Source of the DNA: Roseomonas sp.
Lineage (GTDB): Bacteria > Pseudomonadota > Alphaproteobacteria > Acetobacterales > Acetobacteraceae
NCBI GenBank assembly: GCA_020249925.1
Contig: JADCER010000001.1
Coordinates: 81,953-145,952, forward strand
Direction: 5' to 3'
DNA length: 64,000 nt
In this document: positions 35,549 through 47,786 of the stretch, one piece after another
How positions within the stretch are numbered: position 1 is the first letter of the stretch
How the letters are laid out: every line of letters begins with the position of its first letter
Notes under the pieces: model-generated
Told to the model about the DNA's origin: nothing
The model's database searches: none
The model's input: the letters and a program-made list of their open reading frames with translations, nothing else
Made by a program: the position numbers and the translations under genes

Positions 35549-36526
35549 ATGGAACAGCGCCCCCTAGGCAAAACCGGCCTCAGTGTTTCCGTTTTGGGTT
35601 ATGGTTGTGGCGCCATCGGCGGATTGATGGTGAAAGGCAGCGCGGCAGAACAGGACCGCGCCATTGGGCGCGCGATTGACCAAGGCATTACGTATTTCGA
35701 TACGGCCTCCGCTTATGGTGATGGCGTTTCCGAAAGCAATCTGGGCCGCGCGCTGAAGGCGCTCGGCGCAAAGGTGATTGTCGGCACCAAGGTTCGCATC
35801 CGTGGGCCGCAACGCGCGGATATTGCCGGCACCATCGCGCAATCCATTGATGCCAGCCTGGCCCGGCTTGGGCGCGATAGCGTGGATATCTTTCACCTCC
35901 ATGAACCCATTACCCAAGCAGGTGAGGCACCAAGCTTCACGGCGGATCAGATATTGCAAGAAGCTGTGCCGGCACTCCGCAAACTGCGTGACCAGGGCAA
36001 GATCCGGTTCTATGGCATTACCGGGCTTGGCGATGCGCCCATGCTGCGCCGCGTTTTGGATGAAGGCGGTTTCGCCACGGCGCAAATGCCCTACAATATC
36101 CTGAACCCGAGCGGCGTGATGCCCCTGCCCGCAGGGTCCTCCATGCCTGATCTCGGTGGTGTCATTCATCACGCTGGCAAGGTGCGTGTGGGTGTAATGG
36201 CCATTCGCATCCTTGCAGGTGGTGCCCTGAGTGGTTCGGAAGATCGCAGCCCTCTTGGCGTGCCGAAAGTGGAACCCATCGCATCCGGCGCCAGTTATGC
36301 AGCGGATGTACAGGCGGCGCGGCGCCTGATGCCGCTGATCGCGGCTGGCTACGCCAAGGATTTGGTTGAATTGGCGCTACGCTTTTCCGCCATGCCGCGC
36401 GATATCTGCACCGTATTGGTCGGCACGGCCAGTATCGCGGAACTCGACCACGCTGTGGCGGCGATCAATCAAGGGGCTTTGCCAGCAGAGGCCTTGGCGA
36501 TGATCAGACAGCTACAGCATGGCTGA
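35549..36526 (+). CDS. Aldo/keto reductase
   Basis: LGKTGLSVSVLGYGCGAIGG...GITYFDTASAYGDGVSE...DIFHLHEP. Confidence 0.85.
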   Translation: MEQRPLGKTGLSVSVLGYGCGAIGGLMVKGSAAEQDRAIGRAIDQGITYFDTASAYGDGVSESNLGRALKALGAKVIVGTKVRIRGPQRADIAGTIAQSIDASLARLGRDSVDIFHLHEPITQAGEAPSFTADQILQEAVPALRKLRDQGKIRFYGITGLGDAPMLRRVLDEGGFATAQMPYNILNPSGVMPLPAGSSMPDLGGVIHHAGKVRVGVMAIRILAGGALSGSEDRSPLGVPKVEPIASGASYAADVQAARRLMPLIAAGYAKDLVELALRFSAMPRDICTVLVGTASIAELDHAVAAINQGALPAEALAMIRQLQHG

Positions 36527-36540
36527 CACATAAGGGACGT

Positions 36541-37920
36541 TTACGTCCCCTTCGGTTGGCCCGCAGCGCGGCATTCCGCGGCGCTCGGGCGCTTCAGGCC
36601 CATGATGTCGCGCAAAGTGCTACCCGGATAATCCTTGTGGAATACGCCTCGGCGCTGCAATTCCGGCACGACCAGGCGCACGAAATCCTCATAGGCGCCG
36701 GGGATATGCGTGGCGGCCATCACAAAGCCATCGCAGGCGCCGCCATGGAACCATTCTTCCATCTGATCCGCGACCTGCTTTGGCGTGCCGACAAAGGCGT
36801 GATGTTCATGCACGGTGCCGCGGCCTGACACCTCCACAAAATCGCGCACGCTGGGGTTCTTCTTGCCCGACAGCATGATCACGCGGTCACGAAAACCATG
36901 CCAGGAAAGCCCTGCGAGTTCATCATCCGTCAGCGGTTCATCATAGGGCTTGCTGCCCAAATCCCAGTTCAGCACTTCGGATAGCAGCGTCAGCCCATCA
37001 ATGGGCCGCGCGGTTGCTTCGATCACCGCCTGTTTTTCGGCGGCCATATCGGCGCTTTCGGCAGGGATGGCGTAGCAGGCGGGCAGGATTTTGACGCTAT
37101 CCGGGTCACGCCCTTCTGCGGCGACGGCGGCGCGGAATTCGCGATATTGCTTCTTGCCATTTTCCAGATTGGGATAGATCACGAAAACAGCCTCACCCCA
37201 ACGCGCGGCAAAGCTGCGCCCGCGGCCACTTTGGCCGGCTTGCAACAAAACCGGATGGCCTTGCGGTGAACGCGGCACGGTAAAGGGACCGCGCGATTTG
37301 AAATACTTCCCCTGATGATCGAGCCGCCGCACGCCATCTGGCTTGGCGAAGGCGCCCGATTCCTTATCCACGATCAGCGCGTCATCATCCCAGGCGCCCC
37401 AATGGCCCATCACCACTTCCATGAATTCATCGGCGCGATCGTAACGGAGATCATGTTCCAGATGTTCGCTATGGCCGAAATTCAGTGCCTCGCTGTTATT
37501 CAGTGACGTCACGATATTCCATGCCACGCGCCCGCGCGTCATGAGATCCGCCGTCGCAAAAAGCCGCGCAACGTGATAGGGCTCGTAATAGGTCGTGGAA
37601 TAGGTCGCACCAAGGCCAATGCGCTTGGTGGCGGCGGCCATCATCATCACAATGGTCAACGGATCAAGCTTCACCGCGCGTACGCCATGCGCCACCGTAT
37701 TGCGGAAATCATTGGCATAGATGTCGGGCATTGCCAGCCGATCATCGAAGAAAGCCATATGGAATTTGCCATCTTCCAGAATGCGCGCGATGCGCTGGTA
37801 GTAATCGGGCGTTAGAAAATCACTCATGGAAGCCGGGTGCCGCCAGGAACCCGGCAGGTTTGAGCAATTCTGCGCCTGCAAAAAGGCGACCATGGTCATT
37901 TGGCGATTGGTGTTCGGCAT
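36541..37920 (-). CDS. LLM-class flavin-dependent monooxygenase (NtaA/SnaA/DszA family)
   Basis: 459 aa. The N-terminus is NTNRQMTMVAFLQAQNCSNLPGSWRHP, and AWNIVTSLN and FVGTPKQVADQMEEW match the family pattern. Confidence 0.85.
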   Translation of the reverse strand: MPNTNRQMTMVAFLQAQNCSNLPGSWRHPASMSDFLTPDYYQRIARILEDGKFHMAFFDDRLAMPDIYANDFRNTVAHGVRAVKLDPLTIVMMMAAATKRIGLGATYSTTYYEPYHVARLFATADLMTRGRVAWNIVTSLNNSEALNFGHSEHLEHDLRYDRADEFMEVVMGHWGAWDDDALIVDKESGAFAKPDGVRRLDHQGKYFKSRGPFTVPRSPQGHPVLLQAGQSGRGRSFAARWGEAVFVIYPNLENGKKQYREFRAAVAAEGRDPDSVKILPACYAIPAESADMAAEKQAVIEATARPIDGLTLLSEVLNWDLGSKPYDEPLTDDELAGLSWHGFRDRVIMLSGKKNPSVRDFVEVSGRGTVHEHHAFVGTPKQVADQMEEWFHGGACDGFVMAATHIPGAYEDFVRLVVPELQRRGVFHKDYPGSTLRDIMGLKRPSAAECRAAGQPKGT

Positions 37921-37938
37921 CAGACAAAACCCTTCAGG

Positions 37939-38250
37939 TCAAACGGGAATTTCAACATCAAGCAAAGGCGCATGCTGTTGGCAGCCATAGACATCCGTAT
38001 CGCCAATGCCACCCGCCGGCACCAGACGCGGGAATGTCGCCTTGATCGCCATGGCGGCGTCATAGGGTGTCAGCAGCACATCATCTACCGCAACGCCATA
38101 AAGCCGCGCAAACAAGGCTTCGGTAATCACCCCGGAAGCGCGCACCTTTTGATAGAGCGCGGGATCGTCAAACACGATATCAATCGTCAGATCAAACGGC
38201 CCCGCATTCTTGCTTTTGCAGATTCGCGCCAATTCACGGATGCTTGGCAT
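37939..38250 (-). CDS. Small conserved protein usually paired with AtuA-like proteins (DUF4387-like, from memory)
   Basis: 103 aa, IRELARICKSKNAGPFDLTIDIVFDD..., 8 bp downstream of the AtuA-like gene. Confidence 0.6.
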   Translation of the reverse strand: MPSIRELARICKSKNAGPFDLTIDIVFDDPALYQKVRASGVITEALFARLYGVAVDDVLLTPYDAAMAIKATFPRLVPAGGIGDTDVYGCQQHAPLLDVEIPV

Positions 38251-38258
38251 GATCGTCC

Positions 38259-39620
38259 TCAGATATCTTCATAGGTGATGGGGAAAATCTCGCGCGGGTC
38301 ATCCAGTTCCAGCACGTGATGGATGCTGAAGCGATAGACGGGCCCGACTGGGATATCCGATGGCGAGAAGGGGAAGGCCATATTGCCTTCGCGGCAGAGC
38401 CTGCCTGGGAAATCCGTATGCAGCATATTGGTGCGCGCAATCCCAAGCACGGCTGCGGCGATTTCCGGCGTTTCGGCAATGACTTCAACGACAAAGCCGA
38501 CCTCATGGCCCGCCACCTGCTGCACAGGTTCGCGCGCGCCCATCACGCCATCCAGACCATAGGTGCGAATAATCAGGGAATAGCTTTCCGGCGCCGCACC
38601 AAAGGCTGCCGCCTTTTCCCGCACAATGCCGCGCACTTCTTCCAGGAACAAAGGCAGGCGCGCGATCAGCAGCGGGTCGCGCGTGCCGCAAATGGAAATG
38701 CAACGATGGCCAGCGAATTCCACACCCTCCAGCTTGACCGTGTATTGCGAAGCGGGTGTCCAGCGCATACCGGAAATACGCACGGCACGATCGTTCAGCG
38801 CATCAAAGCGGCAATCGGATGTATCCAGCATGCCGCCAGGTTCAATGTGATGAATGGGGCTGCTGTTTTCATGCAGTGAGTGATTGGCAATGGAAAGCGG
38901 CGTGCAGCGCCGGATGGGGTTCATCGGTTCGCATTCCACGCCGTCCTCGCGCACCGTCACCAGCAGGCAATCATGACCCTTGGGGATGGATGGCGTGGCG
39001 CCGCATTCCAGCATCTTGCCGGCATACCAGGCGGGGGCGGGCGGCAATTGCGCGCGGATGGCGGCAGCGGCCCAGGGCGCGGGATCACTGGCGCGGCCGG
39101 CCAGGATCACCTGCGCGCCATTATCCAAAGCCTCCATGAAGGGCTCAGGCCCCATCATGCCAACCACGCGGCTCGCGCGATCCAAAGCCTCGCTTGTCAA
39201 GGGTGGCTGTTTGCCAAGCGGGCGGATGCGCCCTGCCGCCAGGCGGCGCTGCAATTCCGAGCGCGGTGGTTCGGCTTCAATCAGCGCCAGGCGGAAATGC
39301 AAGCCTTCCTCGGCAGCGATTTCGCGCACCAGCCGCGCGGTCAGTTCCAGATGCGGCGCGCCACCCGCACCGCCCGCTGTGCCGATCATCAGCGGAATGC
39401 GCGCCGCAATCGCCGCACGTAGCATCAGGCGCAGATCGCGCCGGATCGCCATGATGGAACAAAACGGCACGCCGGCGCCAAGGTAATAGGGGCCAGGGTC
39501 AACACTGCCGCCATCAACGCCAATCACATGCGGCGCACGCGCCATGCCGGCTTGAAGACTCGCTTCCGGAAAGCCGTAGCCCAGAATCGCACTGGTGGAG
39601 AGAAGGCGTATTTCCTTCAT
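38259..39620 (-). CDS. Acyclic terpene utilisation AtuA-family (DUF1446-like) protein
   Basis: MKEIRLLSTSAILGYGFPEASL..., 453 aa. The family assignment is from memory of AtuA-like N-termini. Confidence 0.65.
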   Translation of the reverse strand: MKEIRLLSTSAILGYGFPEASLQAGMARAPHVIGVDGGSVDPGPYYLGAGVPFCSIMAIRRDLRLMLRAAIAARIPLMIGTAGGAGGAPHLELTARLVREIAAEEGLHFRLALIEAEPPRSELQRRLAAGRIRPLGKQPPLTSEALDRASRVVGMMGPEPFMEALDNGAQVILAGRASDPAPWAAAAIRAQLPPAPAWYAGKMLECGATPSIPKGHDCLLVTVREDGVECEPMNPIRRCTPLSIANHSLHENSSPIHHIEPGGMLDTSDCRFDALNDRAVRISGMRWTPASQYTVKLEGVEFAGHRCISICGTRDPLLIARLPLFLEEVRGIVREKAAAFGAAPESYSLIIRTYGLDGVMGAREPVQQVAGHEVGFVVEVIAETPEIAAAVLGIARTNMLHTDFPGRLCREGNMAFPFSPSDIPVGPVYRFSIHHVLELDDPREIFPITYEDI

Positions 39621-39713
39621 GCCGTTCCTTGCCCCTTAACTGCGCTGCATCTGCCGCGCTTAGGGCGAAGGCTGCCATGAAGCATGCGGCGCGTATAGCG
39701 CCCGAGGCGCGCG

Positions 39714-40841
39714 TTACAAAAGCACCATATCATCGCGATGGATGATTTCATCCCGCCCGCGCCAGCCGAGAATTTCTTCCAAGGATTCGCTGCGATGCCC
39801 GGCAATCAGCCGCGCCGCATCCGCATCATAGGCGCTCAGTCCACGCGCCACTTCTACACCTTCAGCATCCCGCACACTCACGGGATCGCCCCGCGAAAAC
39901 TCACCTTCCACGGCACGCACACCGGCCGGCAGAAGCGATGAGCCGCGCTTGAGTGCGCGGGCCGCCCCCGCATCCACCACCAGCACACCAAGTGGGGCGA
40001 GGCTGCCCGCAATCCAGCGCTTGCGCGCGCTGCGGCCTTCCGGCAGCGGCAGAAACCAGGTGCAGCGCGCCCCTTCTTCCAAAGCACGCAGCGGATGGTC
40101 GCGCTGGCCAAGCGCAATCGCCATGGCCGTGCCGGCGCCGGTTGCGATCCGCGCCGCGATCAGTTTGGTACGCATGCCGCCGGAGGAATAGCCGGGCGGC
40201 GGTTCGCCACCCATCGCCATGATCTCATCCGTCAGGCGTTCCACCACGGGCAAATGCCGCGCGTCCGGGTCCTTGCGTGGGTCGGCCGTGTAAAGCCCAT
40301 CAATGTCTGAAAGCAGCAGCAGCGCATCGGCCTGGATCATTTCGGCCACACGCGCGGCCAGCCGATCATTATCGCCGAAGCGAATTTCCGCTGTCGCCAC
40401 CGTGTCGTTCTCATTGATGACAGGCACGCAGCCAAGGCTGAGCAGTGTGGCGAGTGTCGCGCGCGCATTCAGATAGCGCCGGCGATCTTCCGAATCTTCT
40501 AAAGTCAGCAGCAATTGCGCGGCATTCAGCCCATGTGCGGCCAGCGCTTCCTGCCAGGCGCCCGCCAAGCGAATCTGCCCCACCGCCGCTGCCGCCTGCT
40601 TTTCCTCAAGTCGCAGCCGCCGCCGTGTCAGCCCAAGCGCCTTCCGCGCCAATGCAATGGCACCGGAAGACACTACCACCACCTCAGCCCCGCGCGCGCG
40701 CAGTGCCGCGATATCGGCAGCGACCGAGGCAAGCCAGGCAGCACGCGGCGCGGCGGTGGCATTATCCACCACCAGCGCAGAGCCGATCTTCACGACAATG
40801 CGCTTGGCATCCTTGAAGCGGGGCTCAGCCGGGTTGATCAT
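39714..40841 (-). CDS. proB: Glutamate 5-kinase
   Basis: [14 protein letters not shown] and a C-terminal PUA domain. The track ORF starts at the TTG at 40862; I prefer the ATG at 40841. Confidence 0.9.
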   Translation of the reverse strand: MINPAEPRFKDAKRIVVKIGSALVVDNATAAPRAAWLASVAADIAALRARGAEVVVVSSGAIALARKALGLTRRRLRLEEKQAAAAVGQIRLAGAWQEALAAHGLNAAQLLLTLEDSEDRRRYLNARATLATLLSLGCVPVINENDTVATAEIRFGDNDRLAARVAEMIQADALLLLSDIDGLYTADPRKDPDARHLPVVERLTDEIMAMGGEPPPGYSSGGMRTKLIAARIATGAGTAMAIALGQRDHPLRALEEGARCTWFLPLPEGRSARKRWIAGSLAPLGVLVVDAGAARALKRGSSLLPAGVRAVEGEFSRGDPVSVRDAEGVEVARGLSAYDADAARLIAGHRSESLEEILGWRGRDEIIHRDDMVLL

Positions 40842-40874
40842 GGATTGGCGCTTACCACGCAAAAGCCCAACCTG

Positions 40875-42225
<1,351 letters not shown>

Positions 42226-42243
42226 GGCTGAGTTCCTTTCCGA

Positions 42244-42561
42244 TCAGGCTGCGTTGATGGAGGCAATGCGCAGCACGGTCTGGTGCTGGCGATGGCCATT
42301 CTTGCGGCGGCTATTCTGCCGGCGGCGCTTCTTGAAGATCAGGATGCGGTCGCCGCGATTCTGTTCAACCACGGTCGCGGTGACGCTGGCGCCAGGCACG
42401 GTCGGCGCGCCAATGGCAAGGCCGGCTTCGGTCGCGATGGCGAGCACATCATGCAATGTCACCGTGGCCCCCGGTTCGGCATCAAGCCGTTCAACGGTAA
42501 GCACGGCGTCAGGCGTGACGCGGTATTGTTTCCCGCCGGTGCGGATTACTGCATAGGTCAT
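42244..42561 (-). CDS. rplU: 50S ribosomal protein L21
   Basis: [15 protein letters not shown] starting at the ATG at 42561. Confidence 0.95.
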   Translation of the reverse strand: MTYAVIRTGGKQYRVTPDAVLTVERLDAEPGATVTLHDVLAIATEAGLAIGAPTVPGASVTATVVEQNRGDRILIFKKRRRQNSRRKNGHRQHQTVLRIASINAA

Positions 42562-42769
42562 GGGGATGCCCCGAAAATCTTTCAAAAGCGTGACTGCCCG
42601 GCCCTTGCCCCAGGCAAAAGCCAGCCGCCCCAGGCGCAGAACGCCGGGCCGGAAAGAGCGCGCATATAGACGGGCGGGTCCGGCCCGTCAACGGCGGAGA
42701 TTGCGCCGGCAAGCAGGGGCAATTATAGGGACCCTTCGTTCGCGGGGAAGCCAGCTTCCCCGTTTCGCT

Positions 42770-42860
<91 letters not shown>

Positions 42861-43286
42861 TTTCAAAGTGATCCGCTATCTCCCCCCGCTGAATGGCAGG
42901 ATTAATGGGCTATTTGGGACGGACCTGTTGACCGGCCAGGGCGGGAAAAGCCCGAAAATCGCTCTCCGAGAGCCAATTCTCTGCACTACTCGCAGGCCGC
43001 GTTGTGCGCGGCCTTGAATTGGCGCCGGCCTGTGGAGATTTGGTGATCGCGCGCTGGCGGTGCGCATCTCGGGGCCTAACCAGGCAATAACAGGTGAGGC
43101 TGTCGCACTGCTTTTTGGGCCGAATCGTCCACCGCTTCGATTACGCCACGCAGTCCTTGAATGGCGTGGCTGCCGGACCATCTGACGAACCATTGGTCCG
43201 GGCCCCTCTGGCGATGCTGGGCGCATCGCGATGTCGGACCTCCAAAAGGCGCGCCATGCGCGCCGTGGCAGAGGAGGCGTTGCGCC

Positions 43287-43664
43287 ATGACTGAACCAAA
43301 TCCTTCACGCGTCCCACTTGTGCTGCGCGGCTTCGGTGCCGTGCTGCTGCTGGTGGGCGTGGCGGGTTATTTTCTGCCGGCACCGCCAGTGCATTGGACG
43401 GCGATGATCCCGGCTGGGCTTGGCGTGGTCGCGCTGCTGGTATCGCTGGCCGGTCGATGGCCCGTGGCGGCGGCGGTCGGCGGCGCGCTGGTCGCCATGG
43501 TGGCGTTAGCGGGCGGCGGGTCTGCGCTTGTGCAGTTGCCCGCACTGCTGACCGGGGAGGCTGGCGCGGCGGTCGCTTCGCGTTCCGCCACGGCGGCTGC
43601 GGCGATCCTGGCGCTGGGCGGCCTGGTATGGGCGCTGCGCAGCGGGCGAGGCAGGCCAGCATGA
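43287..43664 (+). CDS. Hypothetical 4-TM membrane protein
   Basis: The ATG at 43287 has GAGGAGG 10 nt upstream. The sequence MTEPNPSRVPLVLRGFGAVLLLVGVAGYFL... contains four hydrophobic segments. Confidence 0.5.
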   Translation: MTEPNPSRVPLVLRGFGAVLLLVGVAGYFLPAPPVHWTAMIPAGLGVVALLVSLAGRWPVAAAVGGALVAMVALAGGGSALVQLPALLTGEAGAAVASRSATAAAAILALGGLVWALRSGRGRPA

Positions 43665-43963
43665 TCGGTGACCTCATCGCCTTTCTCGTCTCGGTCTTTC
43701 TGGTCGGGCCGTTGCAATCGAAGCTGGTCGACCAACTCGCGGATGGGCGTGCGCCGGCAGCGGTGGTGCAGCAGGTTGAAGCCTGCGCGACTGCGGCGCT
43801 GCCAGCGCTGGTGAAACGCGCCACCGATGAGCCCTGGTGGGCAATCACCACGGCCATAGGTGCCTGGGTTGGCACCACCTCGCCAGTCGCGGTGCTGACA
43901 TCTGCCGAACCCTCCTGCGCGCCTGCGCTGGCAGCCGCGCGACCCTTCATCACAAGGTCTTGA
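43661..43963 (+). CDS. Hypothetical small protein (N-terminal hydrophobic helix)
   Basis: ATGA overlap with the preceding ORF. Starts MIGDLIAFLVSVFLVGPLQ... Confidence 0.4.
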   Translation: MIGDLIAFLVSVFLVGPLQSKLVDQLADGRAPAAVVQQVEACATAALPALVKRATDEPWWAITTAIGAWVGTTSPVAVLTSAEPSCAPALAAARPFITRS

Positions 43964-44910
43964 AACCCGCGCTGAAACGGACGACCGCTCAAGCACCGTG
44001 ATTCAGACCCCTTTGTCGCTAGAGAGGCATGCGGCCGTGTTGTCGGTCCTATCGCTGTAATTGGCGCAGCCTCAGGGGAGGGGATTTGCGATGGGCGCGT
44101 CATGACAGCGCAATGGCTCGGCGCGGAATTGGACCAGCTGCCATCAGCCGCCGACGCCGGCATTGATGGCGAGGACGCTGACGAAGCCCCGCCGCTGCGC
44201 CAGTCACGCGCGCAGGCGAACTCTGGCGCTCTGGTGAGCATCGGTTGCTCTGCGGCGATGGAACCAGGCTTGCCGATGTCGATCACGCCCTTGGCGCCGG
44301 GCACCTTGCGAACTTGGCCAACTTAGTGGTGCGCTTCATGCTAACCTTTGCCAATACAAAACCGCCACTGCGCACCGCTAGTTCAGTATTTGGGGGGGGG
44401 CGATTCACGCTGGTGTCGGGAACCGACGGCATCGACCGGACCCCTAGGTTCGCCCCGTAATGTTGCATGTGAAGGCGGCACGGCGGCAAAGATGACTATC
44501 GCGAATGGCCGGCTGGGCCTGGGGTTTCTGGATTTTCGGCTGCTCGGCCCCCGCAAGGGTCTCCAGGACCGGCGCCGCGCCACCCGAAGGTCGGCAGAGG
44601 CAGCTTGTCTGCCGATTATCCTGCTCAGCAACGGCACGCAGGATAACCGGCCTGCTCAGTACCCGTTTGATCACAGCACATCCAAGCGATCTCCAGCCAC
44701 GAAATAACGCTCAATCCTGGTGGGCGCGCACGCCGTTACGGCGCCCATGGTTCCTCCTGCGCCGCCGCAGCATTCAATGATGGCCAAAGGTGCCATGAAA
44801 GGCGTTGTCGCGGATGCGAAAATGCTTGCTTCTGCGCCCGCGTCGGGTGACCTTGGCGTCAAGCGGCAGGCCATTCGGGGATCGCCGCATGAGAGAGGGA
44901 GAAACAAGCT

Positions 44911-46083
44911 ATGAACAGGATGCGCTTTGGCATTTTCCTTGCGCCATTCCACAAGCCGGGGATCAACCCAACCCTGGCGCTGGAACAGGATCTGGAATTG
45001 GTCCAGTGGCTCGATCGCTGCGATTATGATGAGGTCTGGTTCGGCGAACATCATTCGGCAGGCTCCGAAATTTCGGCAGACCCGATGTTGATGATCGCAA
45101 CCGCGTCCCAGCGCACGCGGCACATCAGGCTCGGCACGGGTGTGGTTTCGGTCAGCTACCATAATCCGCTTTGGGTGGCCGAACGTATCGTGCAACTCGA
45201 TCACCTGACCCGCGGGCGGGTGATGCTGGGCGTCGGGCCCGGGTCGCTCCCCACGGATGCGGCGATGGTGGGCCTGACGCAAGAACATACCCGCCGCCTG
45301 CTGGCGGAGGGGCTGGATATCATGACCCGGCTGATCCGAACCGATGATCCGGTGACATTTCAGAATGACCGCTGGATATTGCAGGATGCACGCCTGCATT
45401 TGCGGCCTTATTCCAACTTCGATATCGCAACCGCCGCCGTTGCCTCACCCACTGGGGCAAAGCTGGCGGGCCGGTACGGTACGGGAATGATCTCCATCGG
45501 CGCCACGACGGCGGCCGGGTTCGATGCCTTGGCCCTGCACTGGAATGTGGTGGAGACTGAGGCGAAACATCACGGCCATGTGGCGGATCGCAGCAAGTGG
45601 CGCCTTGTGGGCCTGTGCCATATTGCCGAAACGATGGAACAAGCCAAACGGGACGTGGAATACGGGATTGAGCACTGGTTCCATTATTTCCAGGAAATCG
45701 CGGCCTTCCCGCAGATGTCCATGCCGGGCCAGAACGCGAAGGAGATGATTGATTTCATCAACGATAGCGGCTTCGGCGCCATCGGCACGCCCGAAATGTG
45801 CCGCGCCCAGATTGAACGGTTGTGGAAGCAATCGAATGGTGGCTTTGGCGCCTATCTGACGCTGGCGCATAACTGGGCGAATTTCGAGGCGACGAAGAAA
45901 TCCTATGAGCTGATCGCACGCGAAGTCTTCCCGCATTTCCAGGGTCAGCATCATTCGACCATGCAGGCCGCGATCCGTGCCCAGAAGATGCGCCCCGACC
46001 TGGCGGTTGTGCATGCAAAGGCCGTGGAAACAGCACAGGCCATTTATGATTCGGAAAAGGCCGCCCGAGCCGCGGCGGAGTGA
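44911..46083 (+). CDS. LLM-class flavin-dependent oxidoreductase (luciferase-like monooxygenase)
   Basis: MRFGIFLAPFH...YDEVWFGEHHS...IRLGTGVVSVSYHNP...GRVMLGVGPG. RBS GAGGGAG. Confidence 0.85.
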   Translation: MNRMRFGIFLAPFHKPGINPTLALEQDLELVQWLDRCDYDEVWFGEHHSAGSEISADPMLMIATASQRTRHIRLGTGVVSVSYHNPLWVAERIVQLDHLTRGRVMLGVGPGSLPTDAAMVGLTQEHTRRLLAEGLDIMTRLIRTDDPVTFQNDRWILQDARLHLRPYSNFDIATAAVASPTGAKLAGRYGTGMISIGATTAAGFDALALHWNVVETEAKHHGHVADRSKWRLVGLCHIAETMEQAKRDVEYGIEHWFHYFQEIAAFPQMSMPGQNAKEMIDFINDSGFGAIGTPEMCRAQIERLWKQSNGGFGAYLTLAHNWANFEATKKSYELIAREVFPHFQGQHHSTMQAAIRAQKMRPDLAVVHAKAVETAQAIYDSEKAARAAAE

Positions 46084-46101
46084 CAAGCGCGATACCTTCA
46101 A

Positions 46102-46145
46102 GCCGCCCCGCCCAGAAAGGCCGGGGCGGCAATGGGGTGTTTTTG
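46102..46145 (+). terminator. Stem-loop with a downstream T-run after the LLM gene
   Basis: GCCGCCCCG-cccagaaaggc-CGGGGCGGC then aatggggtgttttt. Confidence 0.45.
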
Positions 46146-46596
46146 AGCAGCTGAAGCTACCTTGCCTGGAAATGGTCTCGGCACCACGCCATCAATGCCC
46201 GGTCGAGCCCAAGGCATAGACCAGAAGCGCGTATCGCAAAGGCCTTTGCCAAACCATTGCAGCGCCGTTGCAGGCAAAACTGTCAAGCCGCCTTGCGCAA
46301 GATGGCAATGTCTGGACTCGCGCTGCGGCGCAGGGGGAAAACGTCCAGCGCGCCCCTGCCAGCGCGCGGCAAGGCAGAGGCTTGCGGTAAAGTCAGCTTG
46401 CCAAATGCTATGCTGCCCGCCGATACTGCACACAAAAGGCTATTCTTTCTAAGCCGCGATTAGGGAATATTCCTTGAGTATGCGCGCTGCTCCCTGAAAG
46501 CTCGATCAATTTGAGTTGAGGTTTTCTGCGCTGATATTCCAAGCTGGCGCCGCAAGAATGCGGTGGCGAAAGCCTTCCCTGGCCCAAGGGGATTGC

Positions 46597-47694
46597 TCAC
46601 CGCAACACAAAATCCTTCCGCACTTCCGGCTTGAATTCCAACCCATGCCCCGGCGCTTCCGGCGCGGTGATCAGGCCATTGGCGATTTTCGGCAGGTTGA
46701 TGAAGGCATCATCCAAAAGCCCCATCTGCTCCGCCCAAATGCCATTCGGAATGCTCGCCAGCAGATGCACATTCAATTCCGGAAAAAGATGCGGCGCAAT
46801 GGTGACGCCCCAGGTATCGGCAACGGTGGCGATCTTGCGGAGTTCCGTGAGTCCACCGCGCATTGGATCAGGTTGCAGAATGGGCAGGCGCGGATTTTCC
46901 AAAAAGGGCTTCAGATCAGCGCGGCCGAAATGCGTCTCCCCACCCACCACGCGCATATCAAGCGCCTCGGCACAGCGGAGGTAGCCGGCGTAATCATCCG
47001 CGAGTACCGGTTCTTCCAGCCAGTAGATATCATATTCCTCGAATTTGCGGCCCATGGTGATGGCAATATCCGCACTCCAGCCCATATTCACATCAATCAT
47101 GATATCAATATCGGGCCCGACGGCTTCACGCATGCGCCGCACATTATCAAGATCGGTGTTGAGATCACCAATATGCGCGACCTGCATCTTGATGGCGCGG
47201 TAGCCTTGTTCGATGTAGTGCTTGGCTTTCGCGATCATGCCATCGCCGCGCGCGCCACGAAAGCATCCACTGCCATAGATCGGGATGTCGGAACGGAAAT
47301 GCCCCCATAGCCGATGCAAGGGCAGCCCCGCTGCCTTGCCCAGAATATCCCAAAGCGCGATGTCAATCGCCGATTGCGCCATCATCGCAACCCCGCCGCG
47401 TCCGCCGGTCAGTGTTGCACGCCACAAATCGTGCCAGATCGCTTCAATCGCCGTTGCATCGCGCCCGATGATGCGTGGCGCCATCGCTTCCGCGATGCAG
47501 GCGCCAATGGTGCGTTGCAAGGGCAGGTTCAGCAAGTGCAGATAGCCCATGCCGGTGATGCCCGATTGCGTGGTGATATCCACCACCACCAGATCACGCA
47601 TCGGCCCCAAGGCATGGCCGGCCAGCCAGGGATCATCCGCCCAGGGCATTTGCAGGAGCGTGGTCTTCACTTCCCGTATCGTGAGATCGGCCAT
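46597..47694 (-). CDS. Mandelate racemase/muconate lactonizing enzyme (enolase superfamily) protein
   Basis: The ATG at 47694 follows GAGGAAAGGAAA. Sequence MADLTIREVKTTLLQMPW..., IDVNMGW and YWLEEP metal-ligand motifs. Confidence 0.85.
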   Translation of the reverse strand: MADLTIREVKTTLLQMPWADDPWLAGHALGPMRDLVVVDITTQSGITGMGYLHLLNLPLQRTIGACIAEAMAPRIIGRDATAIEAIWHDLWRATLTGGRGGVAMMAQSAIDIALWDILGKAAGLPLHRLWGHFRSDIPIYGSGCFRGARGDGMIAKAKHYIEQGYRAIKMQVAHIGDLNTDLDNVRRMREAVGPDIDIMIDVNMGWSADIAITMGRKFEEYDIYWLEEPVLADDYAGYLRCAEALDMRVVGGETHFGRADLKPFLENPRLPILQPDPMRGGLTELRKIATVADTWGVTIAPHLFPELNVHLLASIPNGIWAEQMGLLDDAFINLPKIANGLITAPEAPGHGLEFKPEVRKDFVLR

Positions 47695-47786
47695 GGCGTT
47701 TCCTTTCCTCGCTGTGCCAGCATCATGCTGTCTTGGCCTTATGGTCAATCGCCTGATCCGCCGAAGCCGGGCTAGACTGATCCACG

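Noticed and set aside
43141-44304. 387-aa minus-strand ORF downstream of tRNA-Ser(CGA)
   Set aside because: It has an A/P/R/S-dominated low-complexity composition. It overlaps two plus-strand ORFs that have good SD sequences, hydrophobic helices and an ATGA junction.
44671-44748. 25-aa minus-strand ORF (MGAVTACAPTRIERYFVAGDRLDVL) with an AGGAGG 5 nt upstream
   Set aside because: It is too short, with no recognisable family or context. The SD-like string may be chance in GC-rich DNA.
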